The notes below the pieces were generated by a model that saw only the letters and a program-made list of their open reading frames with translations, was not told where the DNA came from and did no database searches. Shown here one piece after another: positions 8,816-17,883 of a stretch of DNA of 32,000 nt; the stretch's first letter is position 1, and every line of letters begins with the position of its first letter. Where the stretch lies: positions 2,610,001 to 2,642,000 of the forward strand of contig NC_014729.1 in NCBI RefSeq assembly GCF_000172995.2. Reading direction: 5' to 3'. The position numbers were made by a program, and so were the translations under genes. This DNA is from Halogeometricum borinquense DSM 11551 (GTDB lineage Archaea > Halobacteriota > Halobacteria > Halobacteriales > Haloferacaceae).

Positions 8816-11690
8816 GTTCGATAGCGGGACGGAGCGGAATCGCCTGCTTCGTCGCGTCGGCGTCCTCACCTTCGAGCGCGAGTTCGATGTCGGCGTCGAA
8901 CTCGCGAGAGAGGAAGTCCGCCGCCGCCTCGTACGTCGCGTACTCGTCAAGGTCGGCCAACGCGGACACTTCGTCGTCGTCGCGGCCGCGAACGAACTCG
9001 ATCAGTTCCTGCACGACATCGTTGACTTCGTTCCCGCGTTCGCGCAGGTCGGGGTCCTGCATCACCTTCCCCATCACCGCGCCTTGGTCACCGCCCACCT
9101 CCGCGACCGTCTGGAAGACATCGCGCTTCCAGTCGGCGGCGACGGTGAGTCGGATACGGTCGGGGTCGGCCTCGGGTACGTCCTCGTCGGCGTTCGCCAG
9201 CGACTGCTGGATGCCTTTAATGTCCTCGGTCAGTCGTTCGATCTGTGCCTCGCTGGCTTCGACGGCCGCACTCTCGAACGATTCGTCCGGTTCGGGCCAC
9301 GGCGCATCCTCGGCAGGCGTACCGGTCAGCCGTTCGTGCAGTTCGTTCGTCATGAACGGGATGAACGGCGCAAGCAGACGCAGGCGCGTCTCCAGTACGT
9401 GCTGGAGCGTCCACCGTGCGGCGGGACGGTCCAAGTCAGTACGGCGGCGGTACCAGCGCAGGTCCTCCTCGAAGTTGTAGAAGGCGGCCTGACTGGCGCT
9501 CCGCGTCTCGGACTGCTCCATCGCCTCAGTCACGTCGCTGACAGTGTGCTGCAGTTTCGACAGGAGCCAACGGTCCTCCTGTTCGAGTTCGGGTTGTGCC
9601 TCGGGTACGTCCGAGTTGATGACCTCGTCGGCGCGGTTCCAGAAGCGCTCCAGTTGGTTACGAACAGACTCGACCTGTTCGGCGCGCCAGTCGTAGTCCT
9701 GCCACGGTTCCGCGGAGTTGAGCAGGAAGAAGCGCACGGTGTCTGCACCGTACTCCTCGATGGCTTTGCCGGGAAGGACGACGTGTCCCTTCGAGGAGGA
9801 CATCTTCTCGCCCTCCAGCAGCCCCATCCCCATGATGACGATACCCTCCGGCCAGTTCGACTGGTCGAACAGTTCCGCGTGGTGGAACAGGTAGAACGTC
9901 AGATGGTTCGAGATGAGGTCGTTCGCGGAGAACCGATAGGTCACCGGATACCAGTAGTTCCACTCTTTGCGCAGTTCGAGGGCCTTCTCGTCGGGGTCTT
10001 CGACGGCGTCGGCACCGTAGAACAGCGCATCGAAAAAGTCGCGGTCTAACTCCTCCACCGGCACGTCCTGCAGACGGTGCGCGATGGTGTAGTAAGCCAT
10101 GTAGATAGTGGAGTCCGACAGCGGCTCGATGACGAAGTCGTCGTCCCACGGCAGGCGCGTCCCCAGTCCGTAGTTACGGATGCACGGCCACTCGTTCAGC
10201 CAGTCGATAGTGTGGTCGTACTCGCCGCGCGTGTTCTCGGGGATGGCGTCCATCCGCGACACCACGTCGTGGGCCTTCTGCTTCCACGCCTCGTCGTTGT
10301 ACCGTAGGAACCACGTATCCTGTTCGGCGACGACGACATCGGCACCACAGCGACAGACGACTTCCTCGGAGAACTCCTGCATCGTGCCGAACGCGCCCTC
10401 GTCGCGGTGGGCGTCGCGGAAGCGCGTTCGCACGTCCTCTACGAGTTCACCAGCGAACTCGCCGTACTCGTCGAACAGGCGACCTGCGTGGAACTCCTTG
10501 TTGTAGAGGTCCTTCGTCGCTTTTTCCAGTGCCGGGTCGTCCGATGAGGTGACGCCTGCGTCCTCGACAGCCGACTTCGCCGGAATCTCGCCGTAGCCCT
10601 CTACGGAGAGAATCGGAATCGGCTCGATGTCGTCCACGTCGGCGGGATCGATGCCGTACTCGCGCATCCGTTCGTCGTCCGCCTTCGCCTCCTGCAGAGC
10701 GACGTAGTCGTCAGGCGAGTGCGCCGGGACGGACATGACGACGCCGGTGGCGTTCTCGGCGTCCACGAAGTCCGCGGGCAGAACGAGGACTTCGTCGCCG
10801 GTGACGGGATTCATGACGCGTTCGCCAGCCAGTTCGGCGCCGGAGACGCGGCGTTCGACCGTCACGTCATGCGCCTGCAACTGCAGTTTCTCCGCTGCCG
10901 CCGCCGAGACGAACCACTGTTCGCCGTCCACGTCGGCGTAAACGTAGTCGGCGTCGGGGTCGATATAGGCGTTCGTCACGCCGCGGACCGTCTCGGGTCG
11001 GAGCGTCGCCATCGGGACGACGGTATCGCCGTGGCCGAAACGGACCAGCGTGTACTCTTGGAACTCGGCCTCCTCGCCCTCAAGCAGGTCGTGCGTCGTG
11101 ACCGGTTGTTCCTCGTCCGTACAGTACTTGACGGGGTGCAGGCCCTTCTCCAACAGGCCGCGGTCCTTCAGCGTCTCGTACTGCCACGTGATGAACTTCG
11201 AGTAGCGCTCGTCGTTCGTCGTGAATTCGCGCCGCCAGTCGATGGAGAGACCGAGCGACTGCATCCCCTTCTTGTAGTGCTCCTCGATGAAGTGGCGGGC
11301 AAAGCCCATCGGCGTCTCCAAGTCCGTCAGCGTATCCTCGGAGACGTTGTACGTGTCGCGCAGGACAGAGAGCTGTTTCTCTTCGCCCTTCTTCAGGCGT
11401 TCGACAGCCCCGATAATGGGTGTCCCGGTGACGTGCCACGCAATGGGGAAGAGGACGTTATCGCCCTGTTGGCGTCGATATCGGGCGTACACGTCGGGGA
11501 CGGTGTACGTCCGTGCGTGACCGATGTGCATCCCACCGCTCGGATACGGATACGGAACTGTGATGAACGTCGGATCCTCGTCGGAATCGTGGTCCGCGCT
11601 GTCGGCGTCCGAGGGGTCGGCCTCGTACCGACCGGTCTCGGCCCACCGCTCCCGCCAACGCTCCTCAAGTTCCTGCGGGTCGTATTCCAT
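8802..11690 (-). CDS. leuS: Leucyl-tRNA synthetase (archaeal type)
   Basis: 962 aa from MEYDPQELEERWRERW, with the HIGH-class motif (MHIGHARTY), KMSSSKG and an editing domain. TATA-like taatttat is centred about 28 nt upstream of this ATG, so the track's extra 31 N-terminal residues (to 11783) are rejected. Confidence 0.97.
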   Translation of the reverse strand: MEYDPQELEERWRERWAETGRYEADPSDADSADHDSDEDPTFITVPYPYPSGGMHIGHARTYTVPDVYARYRRQQGDNVLFPIAWHVTGTPIIGAVERLKKGEEKQLSVLRDTYNVSEDTLTDLETPMGFARHFIEEHYKKGMQSLGLSIDWRREFTTNDERYSKFITWQYETLKDRGLLEKGLHPVKYCTDEEQPVTTHDLLEGEEAEFQEYTLVRFGHGDTVVPMATLRPETVRGVTNAYIDPDADYVYADVDGEQWFVSAAAAEKLQLQAHDVTVERRVSGAELAGERVMNPVTGDEVLVLPADFVDAENATGVVMSVPAHSPDDYVALQEAKADDERMREYGIDPADVDDIEPIPILSVEGYGEIPAKSAVEDAGVTSSDDPALEKATKDLYNKEFHAGRLFDEYGEFAGELVEDVRTRFRDAHRDEGAFGTMQEFSEEVVCRCGADVVVAEQDTWFLRYNDEAWKQKAHDVVSRMDAIPENTRGEYDHTIDWLNEWPCIRNYGLGTRLPWDDDFVIEPLSDSTIYMAYYTIAHRLQDVPVEELDRDFFDALFYGADAVEDPDEKALELRKEWNYWYPVTYRFSANDLISNHLTFYLFHHAELFDQSNWPEGIVIMGMGLLEGEKMSSSKGHVVLPGKAIEEYGADTVRFFLLNSAEPWQDYDWRAEQVESVRNQLERFWNRADEVINSDVPEAQPELEQEDRWLLSKLQHTVSDVTEAMEQSETRSASQAAFYNFEEDLRWYRRRTDLDRPAARWTLQHVLETRLRLLAPFIPFMTNELHERLTGTPAEDAPWPEPDESFESAAVEASEAQIERLTEDIKGIQQSLANADEDVPEADPDRIRLTVAADWKRDVFQTVAEVGGDQGAVMGKVMQDPDLRERGNEVNDVVQELIEFVRGRDDDEVSALADLDEYATYEAAADFLSREFDADIELALEGEDADATKQAIPLRPAIELEAE

Positions 11691-11713
11691 ACCTGTGTCG
11701 TCAGGATGCGCGC

Positions 11714-11721
11714 ATAAATTA
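11714..11721 (-). promoter_or_regulatory. TATA-like box for leuS
   Basis: The minus strand reads taatttat, about 28 nt upstream of the ATG at 11690. Confidence 0.5.
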
Positions 11722-11924
11722 ACTCCTATACCTGACTTTCGCACCTGTTCGATTGCGGCAATAATTGTGTCTGTCGAGGGCACGAATCACGAGAGAATCG
11801 GAATCGAGTCAGAAAACGGAGGGAACAATACGAGAGGAGAGGCAGCGAACGGCCGAGCGTGTGCGTTGGCCGTTCAGTTGTCAGACCGTGGCAACCAGTC
11901 CGACAGGCAGTCAATATCGGCGGA

Positions 11925-12377
11925 TCACTCGATATTGATTCGGTGTGAGTCGTCGGACTCGACAGAACGCTTGGGGAGAGTGACACTGAGGACGCCGTTC
12001 GTGTAGGATGCGGTCGCGTCGTCAGCGATCACGTTCTCCGGAAGCCGAATCGTACGGTGCATCGACTCGTGGCGACGTTCGCGTCGGAGGAACTCACGGG
12101 ACTCGGTGTCGGATTCGGTCTCCTCGTTCATCTCGCGGGATGCGGAGATGGTGAGGGTTCGTTCGGTGACCGAAAGGTCGATATCGTCTTTCTCCAATCC
12201 GGGGAGGTCCGCCACAACGACGAACTCCTCGTCACTGTCGCGTACATCGATGTCCATCCCGTACGAGGCGGACATCAGGTTCGATCCGCCGAACTGGTGG
12301 CCCATCTCGTCGAACTGGCGGGCCATTCGCTCGAACATCGATTCAATCTCGTCGAATGTGGGAGAACGTCGCATCAT
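11925..12377 (-). CDS. Hsp20/alpha-crystallin family small heat-shock protein
   Basis: 150 aa with an alpha-crystallin domain: DEEFVVVADLPGLEKDDIDL ... ASYTNGVLSVTLPK. Confidence 0.95.
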   Translation of the reverse strand: MMRRSPTFDEIESMFERMARQFDEMGHQFGGSNLMSASYGMDIDVRDSDEEFVVVADLPGLEKDDIDLSVTERTLTISASREMNEETESDTESREFLRRERRHESMHRTIRLPENVIADDATASYTNGVLSVTLPKRSVESDDSHRINIE

Positions 12378-12677
12378 TGCTATTTCACCGAAAGATAGTA
12401 TGGACGGCAGAGAGCATAAATACTGCAGGACCTAAGCGCGCAATTCGCACGGCAGAATACCCATAGTCCCGTATTTCTCCAGATTAGAAATTCAGATCTG
12501 CCGTGGAGTATCCGCAGCGAGGTCGTACAGAAGAAGATTGTTCTCAAGGGTAGCGAACGAGTCCGCGATAGGCGGCGACGGAGTCTCGTTCGACGCGTTA
12601 CCGGCCGAACAACAGAACTGTCAAGGAAGCACTGGCCGAAGAACACGCTTCAGTGCCCGACGGTGTTGGTATCCTAA

Positions 12678-12717
12678 TTACACCACGTCGGTGCTGACTA
12701 CACCACGTCGATGCTAG
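12678..12717. repeat. Imperfect 20-bp tandem duplication spanning the stop codon of the second hsp20
   Basis: 12678-12697 (ttacaccacgtcggtgctga) versus 12698-12717 (ctacaccacgtcgatgctag) match at 16 of 20 positions, with a 12-nt perfect core. Confidence 0.85.
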
Positions 12718-13114
12718 TAGATTCGTCGTCCTCCTCGCTCGTCTCTTTCGGGAGCGTGACGGTGAGGACACCGTTTTTGTAGGTTGCGGACGCCTCCTCT
12801 TCGACGACTTCCTGTGGAAGGGTCAGCGAACGGCGGACGTTGCTTTGCCTTCGCTCGCGGCGGACGTAGCGATCACCCGACTCCTCGGTCTCGGCGGTTT
12901 GCTCGGCGCGAATCGTGAGTTCGCGGCCCGAAGCTGATATTTCGATGTCGTCCTTCTCGTATCCGGGGAGGTCGGCGACGACGGTGAATTCGTCGTCCGT
13001 CTCCGATACGTCAACGGAGATGTCTCGAAGCGAACCGAGTCCGGACTCCTCGAACTCCCGGCCCATCCGCTTGAAGAACTGTTCAATCTCGTCGAAGGGG
13101 TTCTGGGGCGACAT
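12698..13114 (-). CDS. Hsp20/alpha-crystallin family small heat-shock protein (tandem paralogue)
   Basis: 138 aa: DDEFTVVADLPGYEKDDIEI ... ATYKNGVLTVTLPK. Clearly paralogous to 11925-12377. Confidence 0.95.
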   Translation of the reverse strand: MSPQNPFDEIEQFFKRMGREFEESGLGSLRDISVDVSETDDEFTVVADLPGYEKDDIEISASGRELTIRAEQTAETEESGDRYVRRERRQSNVRRSLTLPQEVVEEEASATYKNGVLTVTLPKETSEEDDESTSIDVV

Positions 13115-13160
13115 TTCGTCCGAATGTACGCCCGGTTACGTCATCAAGTTTTTCGCGGAT

Positions 13161-13967
13161 TCAGTAAAGGACGTGCTGGGTGTCGTACGATCCGAGGCGT
13201 TTGACCCACCCGCGGGAAGCGATTTCTTCCACGCTTTCGAGCGCCTTCTGCGCGCGGTCCTCGTACAGACCGGCCTCGAAGTCGATGTGGAACAGGTAGT
13301 CGCCCAAGCGGTTCCCGCTCGGACGCGACTCGATGCGCGAGAGGTTGATGTCGCGTTCGGCGAACGCTTCGAGGAGTTCGAGAAGCAGCCCCGGATAGTT
13401 TGCGTTGGGGTAGACGACGACAGTGGACTTACCGCCCGCATCCGAACGCTCGGCGGCGGGAGCGACGACGAAAAAGCGCGTCGCGTTCGAAGAGCGGTCT
13501 TGAATATCCTCAGCGAGGACGCGGAGGTCGTCACCGGCGTTATCCGGATGGCCGATGCCCGCGACGGAGTCGTCCTCGCGGGCGCGTTCGACGCCGCGTG
13601 CGGTGCTGGCGACGGCCTCCAGCGTCACGCCGGGATACTCCGTCTCCAAGTAACTCCGGCACTGTGCGAGTGCCTGCGAATGGGAGGCGACGACAGAGAA
13701 CTCCTCGGTTTGGGCGAGGAGTGCGTGCCGAATCGGGGTCACAATCTCCTGCGTGACGGCGATGTCCGCCTCGGCGATGGCGTCCAGCGTCTCCGTGACG
13801 CTTCCTTCGATGCTGTTCTCGATGGGGACGACACCGCGGTCGTACTCGCCCGAATCGACGGCGTCCACGATGGCAGACACCGATTCGCGGAACGCGACGT
13901 CGTCGGCGACGGCGCGGGCCGCGCGGTGGGAGTACGTCCCGGCTGGACCCAAGGTAACTGCTTGCAT
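13161..13967 (-). CDS. pheA: Prephenate dehydratase with C-terminal ACT domain
   Basis: 268 aa with TLGPAGTYSH, the TRF motif (NATRFFVV) and the ESRP motif (LSRIESRPSG). Confidence 0.93.
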   Translation of the reverse strand: MQAVTLGPAGTYSHRAARAVADDVAFRESVSAIVDAVDSGEYDRGVVPIENSIEGSVTETLDAIAEADIAVTQEIVTPIRHALLAQTEEFSVVASHSQALAQCRSYLETEYPGVTLEAVASTARGVERAREDDSVAGIGHPDNAGDDLRVLAEDIQDRSSNATRFFVVAPAAERSDAGGKSTVVVYPNANYPGLLLELLEAFAERDINLSRIESRPSGNRLGDYLFHIDFEAGLYEDRAQKALESVEEIASRGWVKRLGSYDTQHVLY

Positions 13968-14114
13968 GGCGCGTCGTTCTACAGCGCTCAGTAAAAGGCC
14001 GTCGGGTCCGCTCGCTCTGCTCGCTCCCTCGGCGACTTCCCCGCTTCGCTCACGGAATCCTGTCGGATCCGCCCGCTTTGCACCACTATTGAGGTGCCGG
14101 GTGGCCTCCCGGCG

Positions 14115-14777
14115 CTACTGGTCGGCGCAGAGTTCGACGAAGTTCCGGAGGATTTGCAGACCGGTCTCGCCGGATTTCTCGGGGTGGAACTGCGTGCCGA
14201 ACACGTTGCCTGCCTCGTTTGCGACGATGGCGGGGAACTCGACGCCGTAATCCGTCGTGGCGACGACTGCCCCATCGTCGTCCGGAACGGCGTAGTACGA
14301 GTGGACGAAGTACGCGTACTCTCCATCGACTCCATCGACGAGAGGGTGGTCCCGCTGGACGTGCAGTTCGTTCCAGCCCATGTGCGGTACCTTCTGCCCC
14401 TCGTCGAATCGGACGTTGCGACCGGGAACGAAGTCGAGGCCCTCGACTTCACCCTCGCCCGCGTGGTCTGCTTCTTCCGAGGAGGTCAGAAGCATCTGCA
14501 TGCCAAGACAGATGCCGAAGATTGGCTGCCCCCGGTCCGCCGCCTCGGCCAGCGCCTCGCGGAACGGCCCGGCGTTCTCCATTCCCTCAGAGAACGCTCC
14601 CACGCCGGGAAGAACGATGCCGTCGGCATCGGCAAACGTTTCGGGGTCGTCCGAAACGGTCACGTCCGCACCCGCGCGTTCGAGGCCGCGTCGGGCGCTT
14701 CTGAGGTTACCGAGACCGTAGTCCACCATGACGACGGAAGCCACCGTCTCCCGTTTCTCGGGCGTCGTCGTACTCAT
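14115..14777 (-). CDS. hisH: Imidazole glycerol phosphate synthase, glutaminase subunit
   Basis: Starts at MSTTTPEK (internal ATG of the track ORF). It has GLGNLRS, LPGVGAF, catalytic GICLGMQ and FHPEKS. A GC hairpin (14096-14113) lies just past the stop. Confidence 0.94.
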   Translation of the reverse strand: MSTTTPEKRETVASVVMVDYGLGNLRSARRGLERAGADVTVSDDPETFADADGIVLPGVGAFSEGMENAGPFREALAEAADRGQPIFGICLGMQMLLTSSEEADHAGEGEVEGLDFVPGRNVRFDEGQKVPHMGWNELHVQRDHPLVDGVDGEYAYFVHSYYAVPDDDGAVVATTDYGVEFPAIVANEAGNVFGTQFHPEKSGETGLQILRNFVELCADQ

Positions 14778-14886
14778 GCGAAAACGTCCGCGGAGTGGGG
14801 CAAAGTGACTTTCCTTCGGGGTAGATTCGACCACCGATGACTACATCTGCTTAAGAGGGAGACACCAAACGAGGGTATTCAGCGCT

Positions 14887-14900
14887 GCTATTGTAATAGC
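14887..14900. promoter_or_regulatory. Perfect palindrome gctatt-gt-aatagc upstream of phnD (candidate operator)
   Basis: 6-bp arms with a 2-nt spacer. The aatagc half-site recurs at 14910-14915, and TATA-like agtttaac is at 14918-14925. Confidence 0.4.
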
Positions 14901-14947
14901 TATAGAAAAAATAGCAAAGTTTAACGGTTATCTGTCGAACGAAAAAC

Positions 14948-16003
14948 GTGAGTTCAATGCCGAGTCGACGCAAATTCCTCAAGACGACAGGTGCCACCGG
15001 TGTTGCCGGTCTCACAGCCCTCAGTGGTTGTACCGGAGACGGCAACACTACCGAACAATCGACGACGACAAACACCGACGGAAGTACGGCAACCGAGACA
15101 ACGACGGAAGGGACGACAACTGGGTCTTCCTCCAAAGACTCCATCATGTTCGCGTTGACGCCCGCCGAGTCGGACGTCGACGTCGAAAAGCAGTACAAGC
15201 CGCTGTTCAACTACATCGAGAGCGAAGTCGGCGTCACCGTCGATTCGACGGTTGCGGCCGACTACGCGGCAGTGATGCAGGCGATGAAGAGCGGACAGGC
15301 GGACATCGCTGACGCTTCACCTTCGATTGCGATCCAAGGCGGAAACGAAGATGTGACGAAGGTCATCGGAATCCGCGTCGCGTACGGTGCATCGCGGTAC
15401 TTCTCGCTCATGACGACGACGCCCGACAGCGGCATCGAGAAGCTCTCCGACCTCAAGGGCAAGAACGTCGCGTTCGCGGACCGCCTCTCTACCAGTGGGT
15501 CGCTGTTCCCGCTGTACATGCTGAGTAAGGCCGGTCTCGACACCGGCGGCGCACCCGACGGCAAACCCAAGGGCTTCTCGGCGAAGTTCTCGGACCACTC
15601 GACGGCGCGCGAGACGCTCATCAACCGGGACGACGTTGTCGCCGCCGGAACCGGTGCGTTCTCGACGGCATCGCACATCCCGAAAGACCAGTTCCCCAAG
15701 CAGTTCTTGGATATCTCCGCCGAGAACGACGGCGACCTCGGCAGCGAATCCCCCGAACTGAAGCTGCTCGCTGCGTCCGACCCCATCCCGCGCGCGCCGA
15801 TTCTCGGCCGTGCAGAGATGGATCAGTCGCTCTACTCTGATATCAAGACGGCGTTGCTCGACGTGAGCAAAGAGGACCTCATCAACGACGACCTCAAAGA
15901 CGACCAGCAGCTCTGGTTCACGGGCGTCGATAAGGGCTCCGTCGATGACTACCAGCCCGTCCAGAACGTACTCGACGAACTCGGCGTTACGCTGGGTCAG
16001 TAA
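14948..16003 (+). CDS. phnD: Phosphonate/phosphite/phosphate ABC transporter substrate-binding lipoprotein
   Basis: Tat motif SRRKFL plus lipobox LSGC, a Thr-rich linker, then a PhnD-like periplasmic-binding fold. It is followed by phnC and phnE. The start is GTG 14948 or ATG 14957. Confidence 0.85.
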   Translation: MSSMPSRRKFLKTTGATGVAGLTALSGCTGDGNTTEQSTTTNTDGSTATETTTEGTTTGSSSKDSIMFALTPAESDVDVEKQYKPLFNYIESEVGVTVDSTVAADYAAVMQAMKSGQADIADASPSIAIQGGNEDVTKVIGIRVAYGASRYFSLMTTTPDSGIEKLSDLKGKNVAFADRLSTSGSLFPLYMLSKAGLDTGGAPDGKPKGFSAKFSDHSTARETLINRDDVVAAGTGAFSTASHIPKDQFPKQFLDISAENDGDLGSESPELKLLAASDPIPRAPILGRAEMDQSLYSDIKTALLDVSKEDLINDDLKDDQQLWFTGVDKGSVDDYQPVQNVLDELGVTLGQ

Positions 16004-16105
16004 GCCCGCCGAATTCGAATTATATCATTTTATTGTGCAGATTCGAAAACAGCGATACGGCGGGTCCGTACGCACGGGCAGACAAGAACTGAAGAGAGAC
16101 TAGAC

Positions 16106-16861
16106 ATGAGTACGATAGAAGTAACGGACCTCAGTAAGTCGTACGGGGACGTACAAGCCCTCGACGATGTTTCGTTCACCATTCCGGACGGCGAGTTCGT
16201 CGTCCTCTTGGGACAGTCAGGAGCGGGGAAATCGACGCTTCTCCGCTGTCTCAACGGCATCACCCAACCAACCGAAGGGTCGATTTCGATAGACGGGACA
16301 GAGGTATTGGGTCCGCGAGACGACGTAGCGATGATCTTCCAACAACACTACATTCTCGAACAGATGAGTGCGTTCAGTAACGCGCTCACAGGTGCACTCG
16401 GTCGCACCTCGTTCCTCAGGAGCCTCTTCGGACGCTACCCCGACGGAGACAAACAAGAGGCGCTTCGCGCACTCGACACCGTCGGACTCCTCGACGAGGC
16501 GAATCAACGCGCCGGGAACATGAGCGGCGGGCAACAACAGCGAGTCGGTATCGCTCGTGCGTTGGTTCAGGAACCGAACCTCCTTCTCGCAGACGAACCA
16601 GTCGCCAGTCTCGACCCGGCCAGCGCCGAGACGGTGATGCGGTACATTCGAGACGCCGCGAGCGAGCGTAATCTGACCACTATCGCCAGCCTCCATCAGG
16701 TCAACATCGCCCGCGAGTTCGGTGAACGGTTCATCGGGATGAAAGACGGTGAAATCGTCTTCGACGGCTACCGCGAGGACTTCACCGTCGATGTCATCGA
16801 CGAGATATACGGCGATATCGAAACCGAAGCGATCCGTGAAGAACGGGAGGTCGAAGCATGA
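16106..16861 (+). CDS. phnC: Phosphonate ABC transporter ATP-binding protein
   Basis: 251 aa with Walker A GQSGAGKST, signature MSGGQQQR and Walker B LLLADEP. It overlaps phnE by 4 nt (ATGA). Confidence 0.9.
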   Translation: MSTIEVTDLSKSYGDVQALDDVSFTIPDGEFVVLLGQSGAGKSTLLRCLNGITQPTEGSISIDGTEVLGPRDDVAMIFQQHYILEQMSAFSNALTGALGRTSFLRSLFGRYPDGDKQEALRALDTVGLLDEANQRAGNMSGGQQQRVGIARALVQEPNLLLADEPVASLDPASAETVMRYIRDAASERNLTTIASLHQVNIAREFGERFIGMKDGEIVFDGYREDFTVDVIDEIYGDIETEAIREEREVEA

Positions 16862-17823
16862 GTACGCAAGGCGACCGGATTCAGGATGCACTCAAAAACA
16901 TCCGAATCGCAAAGCGAGTCCGACTGCTGTTCTCGCTCGTCGTGTTCGTACTCTTCGCGTTCATCTTTACGAACGCGCTGGGCGAGGTCGGCTTCTCGAT
17001 CAGCGAAATCGTCAAGTACTGGCCGGAGTTCTCCGAGGCTCTCGGGGACTTCTTCCCGCCGGGGTCACTGTTCGGTGTCATTCCGTTCGTTGACCTCGGT
17101 GAGTACTGGGCGTTCATTCAAGATCGAAATCTCCTCCTCACGTTCGAGAACGGAAACCCCGTTCTCGGCGCGATGTTCGTCACGTTCGCCATGGGATTTG
17201 CCGGGACAGTTCTCGGTATCCCCGGTGCGCTCTTGCTAGGCGTTCTCGGATCCGAACGCGTGACGCCGTACCCGTTCAACTTCATCTTCCGCGGAACGAT
17301 GAGCGTCATCCGTTCCATTCCGGCGCTCGTGTGGGCGCTCATCTACATCCCGCTTGGCGGCGTCTCCCCGTTCACGGCGACGCTCGCTATCGGGACGGAC
17401 ACGATGGGGAACCTCGGCCGCCTGTTCACCGACGCACTCGAAGAAGTCGAAGACGGTCCGATCGAAGCTATCGAGTCCACCGGCGCGAACGGCCCGCAGA
17501 AGGTCGTCTTCGGGATGCTATCGCAGGTGTTCACGCCGTTTATCGCGTGGACGATGTACATCCTCGAGATCAACGTTCGTATCGCCGTCACGATGGGCCT
17601 CATCGGCGGCGGCGGTCTCGGCCAAGTGCTTCAGACCCAGCGCGGACTGTTCAAGTATACGAACATGATGGCGACGATTCTCGTCATCTTCGTGCTGGTC
17701 GTCTCCGTGGAGTTCGTCAGCCAGCGCGTCCGGTCGTACATCCGGGGTAACGAGGAAGGAACGAGCTTCCTCAAACTCATCGTGGAGTTCCCCCAACGGA
17801 TGGCGCGCTCTATGTGGCAGTAA
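16858..17823 (+). CDS. phnE: Phosphonate ABC transporter permease
   Basis: 321 aa polytopic protein with a PhnE-type EAA-like region (EAIESTGANGPQKVVFGMLSQV). A T-rich tract at 17841-17848 follows. Confidence 0.88.
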   Translation: MSTQGDRIQDALKNIRIAKRVRLLFSLVVFVLFAFIFTNALGEVGFSISEIVKYWPEFSEALGDFFPPGSLFGVIPFVDLGEYWAFIQDRNLLLTFENGNPVLGAMFVTFAMGFAGTVLGIPGALLLGVLGSERVTPYPFNFIFRGTMSVIRSIPALVWALIYIPLGGVSPFTATLAIGTDTMGNLGRLFTDALEEVEDGPIEAIESTGANGPQKVVFGMLSQVFTPFIAWTMYILEINVRIAVTMGLIGGGGLGQVLQTQRGLFKYTNMMATILVIFVLVVSVEFVSQRVRSYIRGNEEGTSFLKLIVEFPQRMARSMWQ

Positions 17824-17883
17824 CGCGGCGCGACCGACTCTTTTCTTTGCGCCGTTCCGGCAGCGAATGCAGAGACTGCCTCG

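Noticed and set aside
8887-11717. Several 197-332-aa ORFs antisense to, or out of frame with, leuS
   Set aside because: They lie entirely inside a very confidently identified LeuRS gene. Their composition is basic or low-complexity.
11691-11783. N-terminal extensions of track ORFs: leuS to 11783, hisH to 14834, trx to 20930, MBL from 19469, the membrane ORF to 8603, and the small membrane ORF to 29988
   Set aside because: The extensions are basic or non-conserved in appearance, and some start at non-ATG codons. The internal ATGs give canonical family N-termini and sensible TATA spacing.
13968-14114. GC-rich repetitive-looking pheA-hisH spacer (gctcgctctgctcgctccctcgg.., plus hairpin gccggg-tggcct-cccggc) as a mobile or REP-like element
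   Set aside because: There are no second copies in the window and no terminal inverted repeats. The hairpin is adequately explained as a 3'-end structure of hisH. A genome-wide search would be needed to say more.
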